Part shown: piece after piece, positions 1-10,780 of the stretch
Layout: each line of letters begins with the position of its first letter
Position numbering within the stretch: the stretch's first letter is position 1
Source of the DNA: Geopsychrobacteraceae bacterium
GTDB taxonomy: Bacteria; Desulfobacterota; Desulfuromonadia; Desulfuromonadales; Geopsychrobacteraceae
Assembly (NCBI GenBank): GCA_963676795.2
Contig: CAXXTB010000001.1
Location: 96,001-160,000, forward strand
Length of the DNA: 64,000 nucleotides
Reading direction: 5' to 3'
Notes under the pieces: generated by a model
What the model saw: only the letters and a program-made list of their open reading frames with translations
Databases searched by the model: none
Told to the model about the DNA's origin: nothing
Made by a program: the position numbers and the translations under genes

Positions 1-553
1 AAACGGCGATCATCGAAGCGATGACCAGGTCGTGGTCCATAGCGATGAAACTGATCGAAAAAAGCACCAGATTGAAGCCGAAGTAGGTCTTGCCGATACC
101 GATGTTGTATTTCTGGTTTAGAATCGAGGCGATGACATCGAGTCCGCCGTTAGAGCCGAGGGAACGCAGGACGATCCCGCCGCCGGTCCCGAGCAGGACG
201 CCGAAAACCAGCGCAGCATAGAACTGGTTACCGAAAGAGATCTGAAAATCGATGAGCTGGTAAAACAGGGTCATCAACACCATCGTCAGGCCGCTGTAAA
301 GGAGAAACCGGCGGGTGACGAAAAAATAGCCGAAAACGAACAGGATCAGGTTGAAGACCAGGTAGATATAGCCCGGATTGAGAAAATTGATCTTGTAATA
401 GAGCAGTGACGAAACACCGAAGATACCGCCCGGAACAAAATGCTGGGGGATGGCAACGGCCTTGAAGGCGATCGCCTGAATCAGCGCCCCGACAATTATC
501 AGGAAGATATTCCAAAAGATGCTGTAGGCCAGTTTGCTTTTTTTACCCTTCAT
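1..553 (-). CDS. YitT/DUF161 family membrane protein (3' end runs off the window)
   Basis: Manual translation from ATG 553 gives MKGKKSKLAYSIFWNIFLIIVGALIQAIAFKAVAIPQHFVPGGIFG...GIVLRSLGSNGGLDVIA. The hydrophobic helices and the GG and GSxGGxD motifs are typical of YitT. An SD-like GGAG lies upstream. Confidence 0.8.
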   Translation of the reverse strand, partial: MKGKKSKLAYSIFWNIFLIIVGALIQAIAFKAVAIPQHFVPGGIFGVSSLLYYKINFLNPGYIYLVFNLILFVFGYFFVTRRFLLYSGLTMVLMTLFYQLIDFQISFGNQFYAALVFGVLLGTGGGIVLRSLGSNGGLDVIASILNQKYNIGIGKTYFGFNLVLFSISFIAMDHDLVIASMIAV

Positions 554-683
554 ATCTTATGCTCCGTGGTAGATGAGTATCGGCACTGAACTATCATTTC
601 CGAGAACAAAATCTCAAGTTATTTTCCCGTAAGGGATTCAGCAGAGCTGCTACAAGCTCATAAAATTTATCAGGTAACAGGCA

Positions 684-2693
<2,010 letters not shown>

Positions 2694-2700
2694 GCTGTGT

Positions 2701-3687
2701 TCAGAATGTATAGCCGACTGTCAGATAGGTGCTGAACTGCTGGCTTTCGATCTCATGATCGATCGTATGGTTATAAATACTGTCTGCGCCTGTAAAGGTC
2801 GCCCGTGACTCCCCTTCAGACTCTATTTTCATAAATGCCAGTTCCCCCCCAATGGACCAGTGAGGGGTCAATTTATAGCGTGCAGAAAGGTTTGCCATCA
2901 GGGCGAAACCATTCCAGCCATGATCGGCTTTATTAACTTTTCCGCGCAACAGATGCTGATCCTTGTCCGAAAAATGCACGAAAGGTGCATAGCCGACGGA
3001 AAGATCAAGGATAAACTTTTCGTGGGCATTCATCTTCATCGCCAGCTCGAGATAGGGAATCTGGTATTGAGCCTCATATTTGAGCACCAGCCCACTAACA
3101 CGATCATGTGGCGTAGCGGGCGCCGATGGATACCACTGATCCAGGTCATAAACAGCGAAATCAAAATCCTGGTATTTATAGCCAAGCCCTACGCTGTAAA
3201 TGAACCGGGGGGCGGCATCTGCAATCTGCGCATTGGCTGCGCCCTGCCCGTAGTAGCCTTCGTAAAAATTGTAGGAGACCTTCCCCTCAAAGACGAGCGC
3301 CGTCATCTCGGTGTCACTCTCCGAATAAACATCCAGACGATCAGGGTCAACCGGGGCATAAACACCCCAATCGGAATCTTCCATCTTGCCCGTATCCTCA
3401 GTCAGATTAGTCGCAGCGCTCACAGTGAAATTCCACCTTGATCCGATATTCCCATCAACCTGCCCCTTGACCATATAGGCGTCCAGAGGAAATTTCAGCT
3501 CACTGAGCGGAAAATGTATCTCTTCATCAGCAAGATAATCGTAATCGACATGGCCACCGATCTGGTACTGGGTATCACCGCTCAGATAGCCGCCTCCCAG
3601 TGAAAAATTGACTTCAGCCAGGCATGGTGAAATCGTCAGTGACAGGATAAAAACAATGAGCAGAACCACACTTCTGTAAAAAAACAT
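2701..3687 (-). CDS. Omptin-family outer membrane protease
   Basis: Signal peptide, SELKFPL, MEDSDW and DKDQHLLR (omptin catalytic D-x-D and D-x-H pairs), and a C-terminal beta-barrel signature VGYTF. Start placed at ATG 3687 after a GGAGG SD. Confidence 0.7.
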   Translation of the reverse strand: MFFYRSVVLLIVFILSLTISPCLAEVNFSLGGGYLSGDTQYQIGGHVDYDYLADEEIHFPLSELKFPLDAYMVKGQVDGNIGSRWNFTVSAATNLTEDTGKMEDSDWGVYAPVDPDRLDVYSESDTEMTALVFEGKVSYNFYEGYYGQGAANAQIADAAPRFIYSVGLGYKYQDFDFAVYDLDQWYPSAPATPHDRVSGLVLKYEAQYQIPYLELAMKMNAHEKFILDLSVGYAPFVHFSDKDQHLLRGKVNKADHGWNGFALMANLSARYKLTPHWSIGGELAFMKIESEGESRATFTGADSIYNHTIDHEIESQQFSTYLTVGYTF

Positions 3688-3828
3688 AACGCCCCTCCAA
3701 AAAAAGCATAAGAATTTAAACAAAATAGAAAATAAAGATTACTGTTGCTGCTGTCAATTCACATTAATAAAGAGAGAAATTCACCTCTCTATTTTATGTC
3801 CGATCAGAGTTGAGACAGGGGGTGACGA

Positions 3829-4797
3829 TCACATCACACCACCAAGCAACAGCCCCCCGACGATCAGTGCCAGGGCAACCCGGTAATAGCCGAATATAGC
3901 CAGACCGTGACGGTTCAGATAGCCGACCATCCATTTTACCGAAACAATGGCAGCAATAAAGGCGAAGAATACGCCAACGGCCAGCGACAGGCCATCGAAC
4001 ATCTGCAGCATCAGCTGGCCATGCTTGAGGGTATCATAGGCGGTCGCAGCACCGAGGGTGATCAGCCCGAGTAGAAAGCTGAACTCGACCGCGGCGGAGA
4101 GCGACAGACCGACCAGCAGGCCACCGACGATGGTTGCCAGGCTGCGGCTGACCCCGGGCCACATGGCGACGCACTGGGCAAAACCGACAATCAGCGCCAT
4201 CTTCCAGGTGAGTTCGGTCAGAGACAGACCAACCCTGCTTTTCTCCCTGTTCCGATTAAAACGACTGACCAGCAGAATCGCCAGACCGCCGATGAACCAG
4301 GCGATAACCACCGGCCAGACGCCAAACAGCAGCGATTTGATCAGCTTGTTGAATAACAGGCCGATAACGGCCGCTGGCAGAAAACCCGCGATAACATTGA
4401 TCAGCAACCGTGCGCCATCCCTGTCCTTACCAACCAACCCGAACAGCATCTGCTTGACCCGCCGGAAATAAAGACCGAGCACGGCGATGATCGCCCCCGC
4501 CTGGATACAGATGGTGTAGGCGTCGCTCGCCTCCTTGGCACGCTGGTTCTCCTCAAGCGAAGCCCCCGTCGGTTCGCCGATGCCCAGAATCCGTTCGGCC
4601 AGCAGCAGATGCCCGGTCGAACTGACCGGCAGGTATTCGGTCAGCCCTTCGACCACCCCCAGGACAGCCGCCTGCCCCAGAGACAGCCCGTTCTTTTGCG
4701 TCTGAGCGTCAGAGGCCAGGCTGGTCCCGAAGCAAAACAGTAAACTGCAGCCAATCAACAATAAGACCAGAATGTTTTTTGTGAAATTCATCATCAT
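3829..4797 (-). CDS. uppP: Undecaprenyl-diphosphate phosphatase with N-terminal extension
   Basis: VEGLTEYLPVSSTGH and PGVSRS motifs of BacA/UppP. The start is uncertain (4791-4830). Confidence 0.93.
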   Translation of the reverse strand: MMMNFTKNILVLLLIGCSLLFCFGTSLASDAQTQKNGLSLGQAAVLGVVEGLTEYLPVSSTGHLLLAERILGIGEPTGASLEENQRAKEASDAYTICIQAGAIIAVLGLYFRRVKQMLFGLVGKDRDGARLLINVIAGFLPAAVIGLLFNKLIKSLLFGVWPVVIAWFIGGLAILLVSRFNRNREKSRVGLSLTELTWKMALIVGFAQCVAMWPGVSRSLATIVGGLLVGLSLSAAVEFSFLLGLITLGAATAYDTLKHGQLMLQMFDGLSLAVGVFFAFIAAIVSVKWMVGYLNRHGLAIFGYYRVALALIVGGLLLGGVM

Positions 4798-4890
4798 ATC
4801 CAGTTCAATATCATATAAGACAGTTACCATCTAAAACTTAAACTGGTAACGAGCATGTTTTCCATGTTCGGATCATCAAGTCTGGTTCAA

Positions 4891-4950
4891 AACACCCCCC
4901 TCAATCCCCCCTATAGAATTGGGGGGAAGAGAGTTTACGAGCAGGGGGGG
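4891..4950. repeat. Family A REP-like palindromic repeat, copy 1
   Basis: ACCCCCCTCAATCCCCCCTAT-N3-(A/T)TNGGGGGGAAG-GAG..CGAGCAGGGGGG, with five further copies in the window. Confidence 0.9.
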
Positions 4951-4957
4951 CTTGTCA

Positions 4958-5569
4958 TCAAACGGCTGACCGGGCTTTTTTCCGGCGAATCATGACATAG
5001 ACAATGATGAGCGCCAGACACAAGATCGCCAGGACGAACAGGACCTGGTGCAGATACCGACTGATCAACTCCTGGTTGTTGCCGATCAAATAACCGGCCA
5101 GGGCGAGAATGATGACCCAGATCGCTGCGCCCAGGGCGGTAAACAGAGCAAAGATCGGCAGGTTCATGCGCGCCAGCCCGGCGGGCAGACTGATATACTG
5201 GCGGATGCCGGGTAGCAACCGGGCGATGAAGGTGGAGATATGCCCATGCCGGGCAAAGAACTTTTCGGCCTTGACCAGCGAGGATTCGCTGATCAGCACA
5301 TAGCGGCCATAACGCTCAAACAGCGGGCGCCCCCATTTGACCGCAATCCAGTAATTGAAACAGCCGCCCAACAGGCTGCCGACAACCCCCGAAACGATGA
5401 CCATCGCCAACGACATCTCCCCCTGCGCGGCCAGATAACCGGCCGGCGGGATGACCACTTCACTTGGAAACGGGAAAAATGATGATTCCAGAAACATCAG
5501 GAAGACAATCCCCGGATAACCCCAGAGACTGACCGTATCAACGATCCAGGCAATAACTTGATGAAACAT
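4958..5569 (-). CDS. DedA family membrane protein
   Basis: [34 protein letters not shown] (DedA/SNARE_assoc motifs). The start is approximate. Confidence 0.92.
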   Translation of the reverse strand: MFHQVIAWIVDTVSLWGYPGIVFLMFLESSFFPFPSEVVIPPAGYLAAQGEMSLAMVIVSGVVGSLLGGCFNYWIAVKWGRPLFERYGRYVLISESSLVKAEKFFARHGHISTFIARLLPGIRQYISLPAGLARMNLPIFALFTALGAAIWVIILALAGYLIGNNQELISRYLHQVLFVLAILCLALIIVYVMIRRKKARSAV

Positions 5570-5776
5570 TGGGACCCTTTGTATTTTCAAGGAGACTGCA
5601 ACAGCGCATATTAGTTCAAGGCTGTACCTTGCTTAATAGAAAAAACTTAAGAAAAGATGAAGAAACCATAAAATCGCAAAATATACAAAAAAAACGGCAG
5701 CGTCATGGATATATCCAATCATCAGGATATTCCCTATTGAAGAAAACGATAATTCAACGTAGACTTTTTTGCATGC

Positions 5777-5872
5777 GGAGGTAGTCAGTTCTCTGGTGAG
5801 GCTCACGGTCTTCAAAACCGATGGGAGGCGTATCCCGTCTCTGGTGTGTTCGATTCACATCTACCTCCGCCA
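5777..5872 (+). tRNA. selC: tRNA-Sec (anticodon UCA)
   Basis: 8-bp acceptor stem GGAGGTAG/CTACCTCC, anticodon loop CTTCAAA, long variable arm, T-arm GTGTG-TTCGATT-CACAT and 3' GCCA; 96 nt in total. Confidence 0.95.
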
Positions 5873-6007
5873 TATCTACAAAAAGGTCATGGAAACATCC
5901 ATGGCTGTTGTTGCACCAGACGCCTGTTTAGGCATCCTGCTTTTCGAGCCTGCTCAATCATTTCACTCGCCCAAAGACGTCTGCCACTAACGAACAGAGG
6001 GGACAGT

Positions 6008-6778
6008 ATGATTTACCAGTTCTACTTTTCACCGACCGGTTCCAGCAAAAAGATTGCGCAGAGTATCACCAGTGGTATCACTTCAGAGGGCAGTGAGGAG
6101 TATGACCTGACCCTTCCGGGGCACAGTCCCGAGCTGCAGCTGAAAGAAGGAGTGGCGATCTTCTCGGCGCCGGTCTATGCCGGACGGGTCGCGATCCAGT
6201 TTCTCGAGCGGATCGCCAAGATCAAAGGAAATGACACACCTGCCGTCGTCCTGGTCAGCTACGGCAACCGCGCTTATGAAGATGCCCTCCTGGAGCTGAG
6301 CGATGTTGTCAGCGCCCAGGGGTTTAAGGTCATCGGCGCGGCCGCCTTCATCGGCGAACATTCCTACGCGACAGCCGACTATCCCGTTGCTCTTGGCCGC
6401 CCGTTGGCGGCAGACCTGGCCAAAGCCACGGACTTCGGGCGCAAGATCAGCAGCAAATTGGCGCTGAACGATTTCACTCAACCGGCAATTCCCGGAAACG
6501 ACGAATATCGTGAAAGAACCACTTTCGGCGGGATAGCGCCAGGCACAGATGAGGCGACCTGCACCGCCTGTGGCCGATGTGTCAGCCTCTGCCCGACCGG
6601 GATCATCTCACTGAACGGCAAGATTGCTACCGATGCCTCCGGCTGTACCATGTGTTGCGCCTGCGTCAAAGGCTGCCCGACCGGTGCCCGCAGCTTCAAT
6701 CCACCACCGATTCAGGAGAAACGCGCCCTGCTGACAAAGAACTGCAGCCAGCCGAAACAGCCGGAGCTGTTTCTCTGA
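6008..6778 (+). CDS. EFR1-type flavodoxin-like / 4Fe-4S ferredoxin protein
   Basis: YFSPTGSS, PVYAGR, YGNRAYEDALLEL and two CxxCxxCxxxCP motifs. ATG 6008 follows a GAGGGG SD. Confidence 0.88.
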   Translation: MIYQFYFSPTGSSKKIAQSITSGITSEGSEEYDLTLPGHSPELQLKEGVAIFSAPVYAGRVAIQFLERIAKIKGNDTPAVVLVSYGNRAYEDALLELSDVVSAQGFKVIGAAAFIGEHSYATADYPVALGRPLAADLAKATDFGRKISSKLALNDFTQPAIPGNDEYRERTTFGGIAPGTDEATCTACGRCVSLCPTGIISLNGKIATDASGCTMCCACVKGCPTGARSFNPPPIQEKRALLTKNCSQPKQPELFL

Positions 6779-6865
6779 AACCTGTAGCGGGATCTTGAAA
6801 GCAAACCCCGGGCTTATCCGCTATAATTGGTGAAAAGGTAAAATCGTTTCTCCGGGAGGTGCGCT

Positions 6866-7036
6866 ATGATCAAGTTATCACTCAATGACAAGGAACAGGA
6901 AATCCTCGACCTGGCACTGCTGGCAACCCTCAACCGTCTCAGCGATGAAATTTCCCATACCGATCTCGCTGAATACCGCGACATGCTCAAAGAGCGCAAA
7001 GAAGTCCTGCTGAAAATCCAGGACAAGCTGCACTGA
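6866..7036 (+). CDS. Small hypothetical protein (56 aa, helical)
   Basis: GGAGG SD then ATG; MIKLSLNDKEQEILDLALLATLNRLSDEISHTDLAEYRDMLKERKEVLLKIQDKLH with host-like codon usage. It falls below the ORF-track length cutoff. Confidence 0.75.
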   Translation: MIKLSLNDKEQEILDLALLATLNRLSDEISHTDLAEYRDMLKERKEVLLKIQDKLH

Positions 7037-7324
7037 TCGACACCGGGCGTCCTCTCCCACGGAAAGGACGCTCTCTTTTTACTGCAGGTGAAAAATTTTC
7101 AGATACAATTTTCAACAAATTAGCCAGTCTTTCCCAAAATCCGCTTGTTCCCGGTATTGCTCGTCGCTATAGTACCAATTTTCGCGCCTGATCAAACTTC
7201 AGCCTTGCCTGCGGAAAGCCGATATCCAGCGCTGCTGGCTGAACGCACTGTCAGTAATGAGAAATGCGTCCTGCAGCCATGATGGGTGTCGTTGGCAATG
7301 TCGCTGCTGAAATTGAAAGATGAA

Positions 7325-8083
7325 ATGCTTGTGAAAACAGCCGCACTGGAAATCAAGGGAAGCCTTCTTACCGTTCTGGTCTTGCAAGTCAACAGTACAG
7401 ATCAGGATCTGCTGTCCGCTCAACTGCAGGAAAAGATCGTCAAGGACAGCCCCTTCTTCGCCAATACGCCAATCATAATCGATTTGAGTGCCATTGAAGA
7501 AACCGCCCAGAGGGAACTTGACCTGGTGGGCCTTGTCTCGGCCCTGCGCGAACGTGGAGTCGTTCCGGTCGCCCTGCGCGGCGCGGCAGACGAGCTTACT
7601 CCCAAGGCCCTTGAGACAGGTATCGGCATCCTGCCGTCCTCCAACCTGAGCAGAAAAGCAGAACAGGCCGAAGAAGAACTTAGAGAGCAACCTGCGGATA
7701 AAACGGAACAGCTTCCGCCCGAACAACATTGCGAAAAAGTCAGAACCAGAGTCATCTCCCAGCCGATCCGTTCTGGCCAGCAGATCTTCGCCCAGGGAGA
7801 TCTGGTTATTCTCTCGTCGGTCAACGCCGGTGCCGAGGTTCTCGCCAAGGGGAATATCCATGTTTACGGCCCTCTGCGCGGCCGGGCTCTGGCCGGTGTC
7901 GAGGGGGATGAATCTGCCTGTATCTTCAGCCTCCAGTGCAACCCGGAGCTGATCGCAGTCGCCGGTGATTACATGGTCAACGAATCGCTCGACAGCAAGA
8001 TCGTCAACCAGAGCGTGATGATCAGCCGCAATAGCGAAGGTCTGGTCTTCAGCCCGCTGGGAGCGGGGCAGGGGAAATCATAG
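7325..8083 (+). CDS. minC: Septum site-determining protein MinC
   Basis: LEIKG...PFFANTPIIID; IRSGQQI, GAEVLAKGNIHVYGPLRGRALAG. The start is approximate. Confidence 0.95.
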   Translation: MLVKTAALEIKGSLLTVLVLQVNSTDQDLLSAQLQEKIVKDSPFFANTPIIIDLSAIEETAQRELDLVGLVSALRERGVVPVALRGAADELTPKALETGIGILPSSNLSRKAEQAEEELREQPADKTEQLPPEQHCEKVRTRVISQPIRSGQQIFAQGDLVILSSVNAGAEVLAKGNIHVYGPLRGRALAGVEGDESACIFSLQCNPELIAVAGDYMVNESLDSKIVNQSVMISRNSEGLVFSPLGAGQGKS

Positions 8084-8195
8084 AAATACTTTTTGAGTCT
8101 CTGCCGCCGCAATACGGCGGCAGTTTCCGGATAGTTGTTCAAACTGAACGGCAAAATGAAAACGCTCGTAAGACCATGTCCTTAAGGAGGAGATC

Positions 8196-9008
8196 TTGGC
8201 AAAAGTTGTTGTAGTTACGTCCGGAAAGGGCGGAGTCGGTAAAACGACCACCAGCGCCGCATTTGCGTCGGGGCTGGCATTGCGGGGATATAAAACTGTC
8301 GTCATCGATTTCGATGTCGGTCTGCGTAACCTGGACCTGATCATGGGCTGCGAAAGACGGGTCGTCTATGACCTGCTCAACGTCATCCATGGCGAAGGGT
8401 CGCTCAAACAGGCGCTGATCAGGGACAAGAGGATCGACAACCTCTACATCCTGCCGGCCTCGCAGACCCGGGACAAGGAATCGCTGACCATCGAAGGCGT
8501 CGGCCAGGTGATCGATGAACTGAAAAAGGACTTCGATTACATCATCTGCGATTCTCCGGCCGGAATCGAAAAGGGTGCCATCGCCGCCATGTACTATGCC
8601 GACGAAGCCCTGGTCGTCACCAATCCGGAAGTCTCATCGGTACGCGATTCCGACCGTATTATCGGCATGCTGGCCAGCAAGACTGAAAAGGCGAAAAGCG
8701 GCGAAGAAATCAAGGTTCACCTGGTCGTCACCCGCTACGATGCGGCCCGGGTCGTCAGGGGCGACATGCTGAGCGTCTACGATGTCAAAGAGATCCTGGC
8801 GATCCCGACGCTCGGGGTTATACCGGAATCGAAATCGGTGCTGGTTGCCTCGAACTCGGGCGTTCCTGTGGTTCTTGATGACAAGAGTGACGCTGGCGGG
8901 GCCTATTTCGACACGGTCGACAGGTTCCTCGGCGAGGAGCGCGAGTTCCGCTTTATGGATGCTCCGAAAAACGGTTTCTTCTCTCGTATATTTGGTAAAG
9001 CGGTATGA
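8196..9008 (+). CDS. minD: Septum site-determining ATPase MinD
   Basis: TSGKGGVGKTT, DVGLRNLDLIMGCERRVVYD and C-terminal amphipathic helix GFFSRIFG. TTG start after an AAGGAGG SD. Confidence 0.98.
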   Translation: MAKVVVVTSGKGGVGKTTTSAAFASGLALRGYKTVVIDFDVGLRNLDLIMGCERRVVYDLLNVIHGEGSLKQALIRDKRIDNLYILPASQTRDKESLTIEGVGQVIDELKKDFDYIICDSPAGIEKGAIAAMYYADEALVVTNPEVSSVRDSDRIIGMLASKTEKAKSGEEIKVHLVVTRYDAARVVRGDMLSVYDVKEILAIPTLGVIPESKSVLVASNSGVPVVLDDKSDAGGAYFDTVDRFLGEEREFRFMDAPKNGFFSRIFGKAV

Positions 9009-9268
9009 GCTTCTTAGACTTTTTTCGCTCCAACAAGACAGGTTCTGCAACGCTGGCCAAAGAGCGTCTGCAGATCATCGTTGCTCATGAACGCGGCAGA
9101 AAGGGTGCGCCCGATTTTCTTCCGCAGTTACAGCAGGATATCCTTGAAGTTGTACGAAAATATGTGCAGATCAGTGAGGATCATATCAAGCTGTCGGTCG
9201 ACAAACGCGACGACTGCGAAGTTCTTGAGCTGAATATCTCTATGGCCGATTTCGAACGGAACGGCTAA
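9005..9268 (+). CDS. minE: Cell division topological specificity factor MinE
   Basis: AKERLQIIVAHER motif; ATGA overlap with minD. Confidence 0.97.
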   Translation: MSFLDFFRSNKTGSATLAKERLQIIVAHERGRKGAPDFLPQLQQDILEVVRKYVQISEDHIKLSVDKRDDCEVLELNISMADFERNG

Positions 9269-9374
9269 GAATATCACCCCGTATGAGCCGGCCCGGGATG
9301 AATTTCTTCCCGGGCTTGGCTTTGCCGCTCAAGCGGATTACAATGGCAGCCTCTTTTTCGCTCAAGGAGCGCCA

Positions 9375-10118
9375 TTGAACAGCCTAGCCATTCTTTTTCA
9401 GGATGAGCATTACGCCGTCATCAACAAGCCCTCGGGCCTGCTGGTTCATCGCAGCGAAATCGACCGCCACGAAACCCGCTTTGCCATGCAGCTGCTGCGT
9501 GATCAGCTCGGCCAGCGCGTCTACCCGGTGCACCGCCTCGACAAACCGACCTCCGGTGCGCTGCTCTTTGCCCTGAGCCCGGAAGCCGCCAGACGGATGG
9601 CGGAACAGTTCAGCAGTAAAGATGTGGAAAAAACCTACCTGGCCGTAGTACGCGGTTACAGCAACCGCCAGGGAATCATCGACTACCCGTTGACTGAAGA
9701 ACTGGACCGCAAAGCCGACCGGCGGGCCAATCCCGACAAGGCCCCGAAAGAGGCAGTGACCCTGTTCAACCGGCTGGCCACCGCCGAACTGCCGGTGGCC
9801 ATCGGCCGCTACCCGCAAAGTCGTTTCTCCCTGATCGAGGCCCGCCCGCAACACGGCCGCAAGCATCAGCTGCGCCGCCATTTCCGCCATCTGTTCCACC
9901 CGATCATCGGTGACACCAAGCATGGCGAAGGGCGCTATAACCGCTTTTTCCGCGATCAGTTTGACTGTCAGCGCCTGCTGCTGGCGGCGATCAGCCTGAA
10001 GTTCGTTCATCCCTATACTCAAAAGCCGGTCCAGGTCAGCGCACCACTGGATGAAACCTTTCAGCGGGTCATGACCGAAATGGGCTGGCATCTTCTGATA
10101 AACTATCAACCGGATTAA
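9375..10118 (+). CDS. truC: tRNA pseudouridine synthase C (RluA family)
   Basis: NKPSGLLVHRS, HRLDKPTSG, GRKHQLRRH, GDTKHG. Confidence 0.88.
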   Translation: MNSLAILFQDEHYAVINKPSGLLVHRSEIDRHETRFAMQLLRDQLGQRVYPVHRLDKPTSGALLFALSPEAARRMAEQFSSKDVEKTYLAVVRGYSNRQGIIDYPLTEELDRKADRRANPDKAPKEAVTLFNRLATAELPVAIGRYPQSRFSLIEARPQHGRKHQLRRHFRHLFHPIIGDTKHGEGRYNRFFRDQFDCQRLLLAAISLKFVHPYTQKPVQVSAPLDETFQRVMTEMGWHLLINYQPD

Positions 10119-10141
10119 ACCTTCACTGCACAGGAGCCACT

Positions 10142-10693
10142 ATGGCAAAAGTTCTGATTCCCGTTGCCGACAGCGTCGAAGATATTGAGACCGTGACCAT
10201 CATCGATGTTCTGCGCCGCGCCGGGTTCGAGGTCAGCGTCGCCAGTATCTATGAGCACAAACAGATCACGGCTGCCCGGGGCACAAAAATCGAAGCCGAT
10301 TGCCTGCTCAGCGCCTGCCTCACCGAAGAATGGGACCTGATCGCCCTGCCAGGAGGCATGCCCGGCGCCGAACACCTGAGCAACCATGCCCCGCTGATCG
10401 CCCGCCTTAAAGAGCAGGCCGCAAGCGACAAATTCTACGCGGCGCTCTGCGCTTCACCGGCCGTCGTTCTGGCCAGACACGGACTGCTCAGCGGTAAACA
10501 GGCGACCTGCTATCCATCGATGCAGAATAAGCTGCCGGAGACCAGCCACGCGGCAGAAACAACCGTTGTTGATGGCAACTGTATCACCAGCCAGGGCCCT
10601 GCCACAGCCATGGAGTTTGCCCTGGCACTGGTCGAGGCGCTATCCGGAAATGAATTGCGCCAGCAGTTGGCGAAGGCCTTGCTGTACCACTGA
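10142..10693 (+). CDS. DJ-1/YajL (ThiJ) family protein
   Basis: EDIETVTIIDVLRRAG, LPGGMPGA, ALCASPA nucleophile Cys, TSQGPATA. Confidence 0.92.
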   Translation: MAKVLIPVADSVEDIETVTIIDVLRRAGFEVSVASIYEHKQITAARGTKIEADCLLSACLTEEWDLIALPGGMPGAEHLSNHAPLIARLKEQAASDKFYAALCASPAVVLARHGLLSGKQATCYPSMQNKLPETSHAAETTVVDGNCITSQGPATAMEFALALVEALSGNELRQQLAKALLYH

Positions 10694-10780
10694 AAAAACA
10701 GTACAGCAATTTCGCTAAAATCATTGATCCCCCGAAGCCCCTGTGAAGACGCATGTTCAAATGAAGGCATGGCTAGAGAC

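Noticed and set aside
5846..6007. N-terminal extension of the ferredoxin ORF
   Set aside because: It overlaps tRNA-Sec; the SD and family N-terminus point to ATG 6008.
5873..6007. Genomic island integrated at tRNA-Sec
   Set aside because: There is no integrase, and I saw no duplicated tRNA 3' end in the window.
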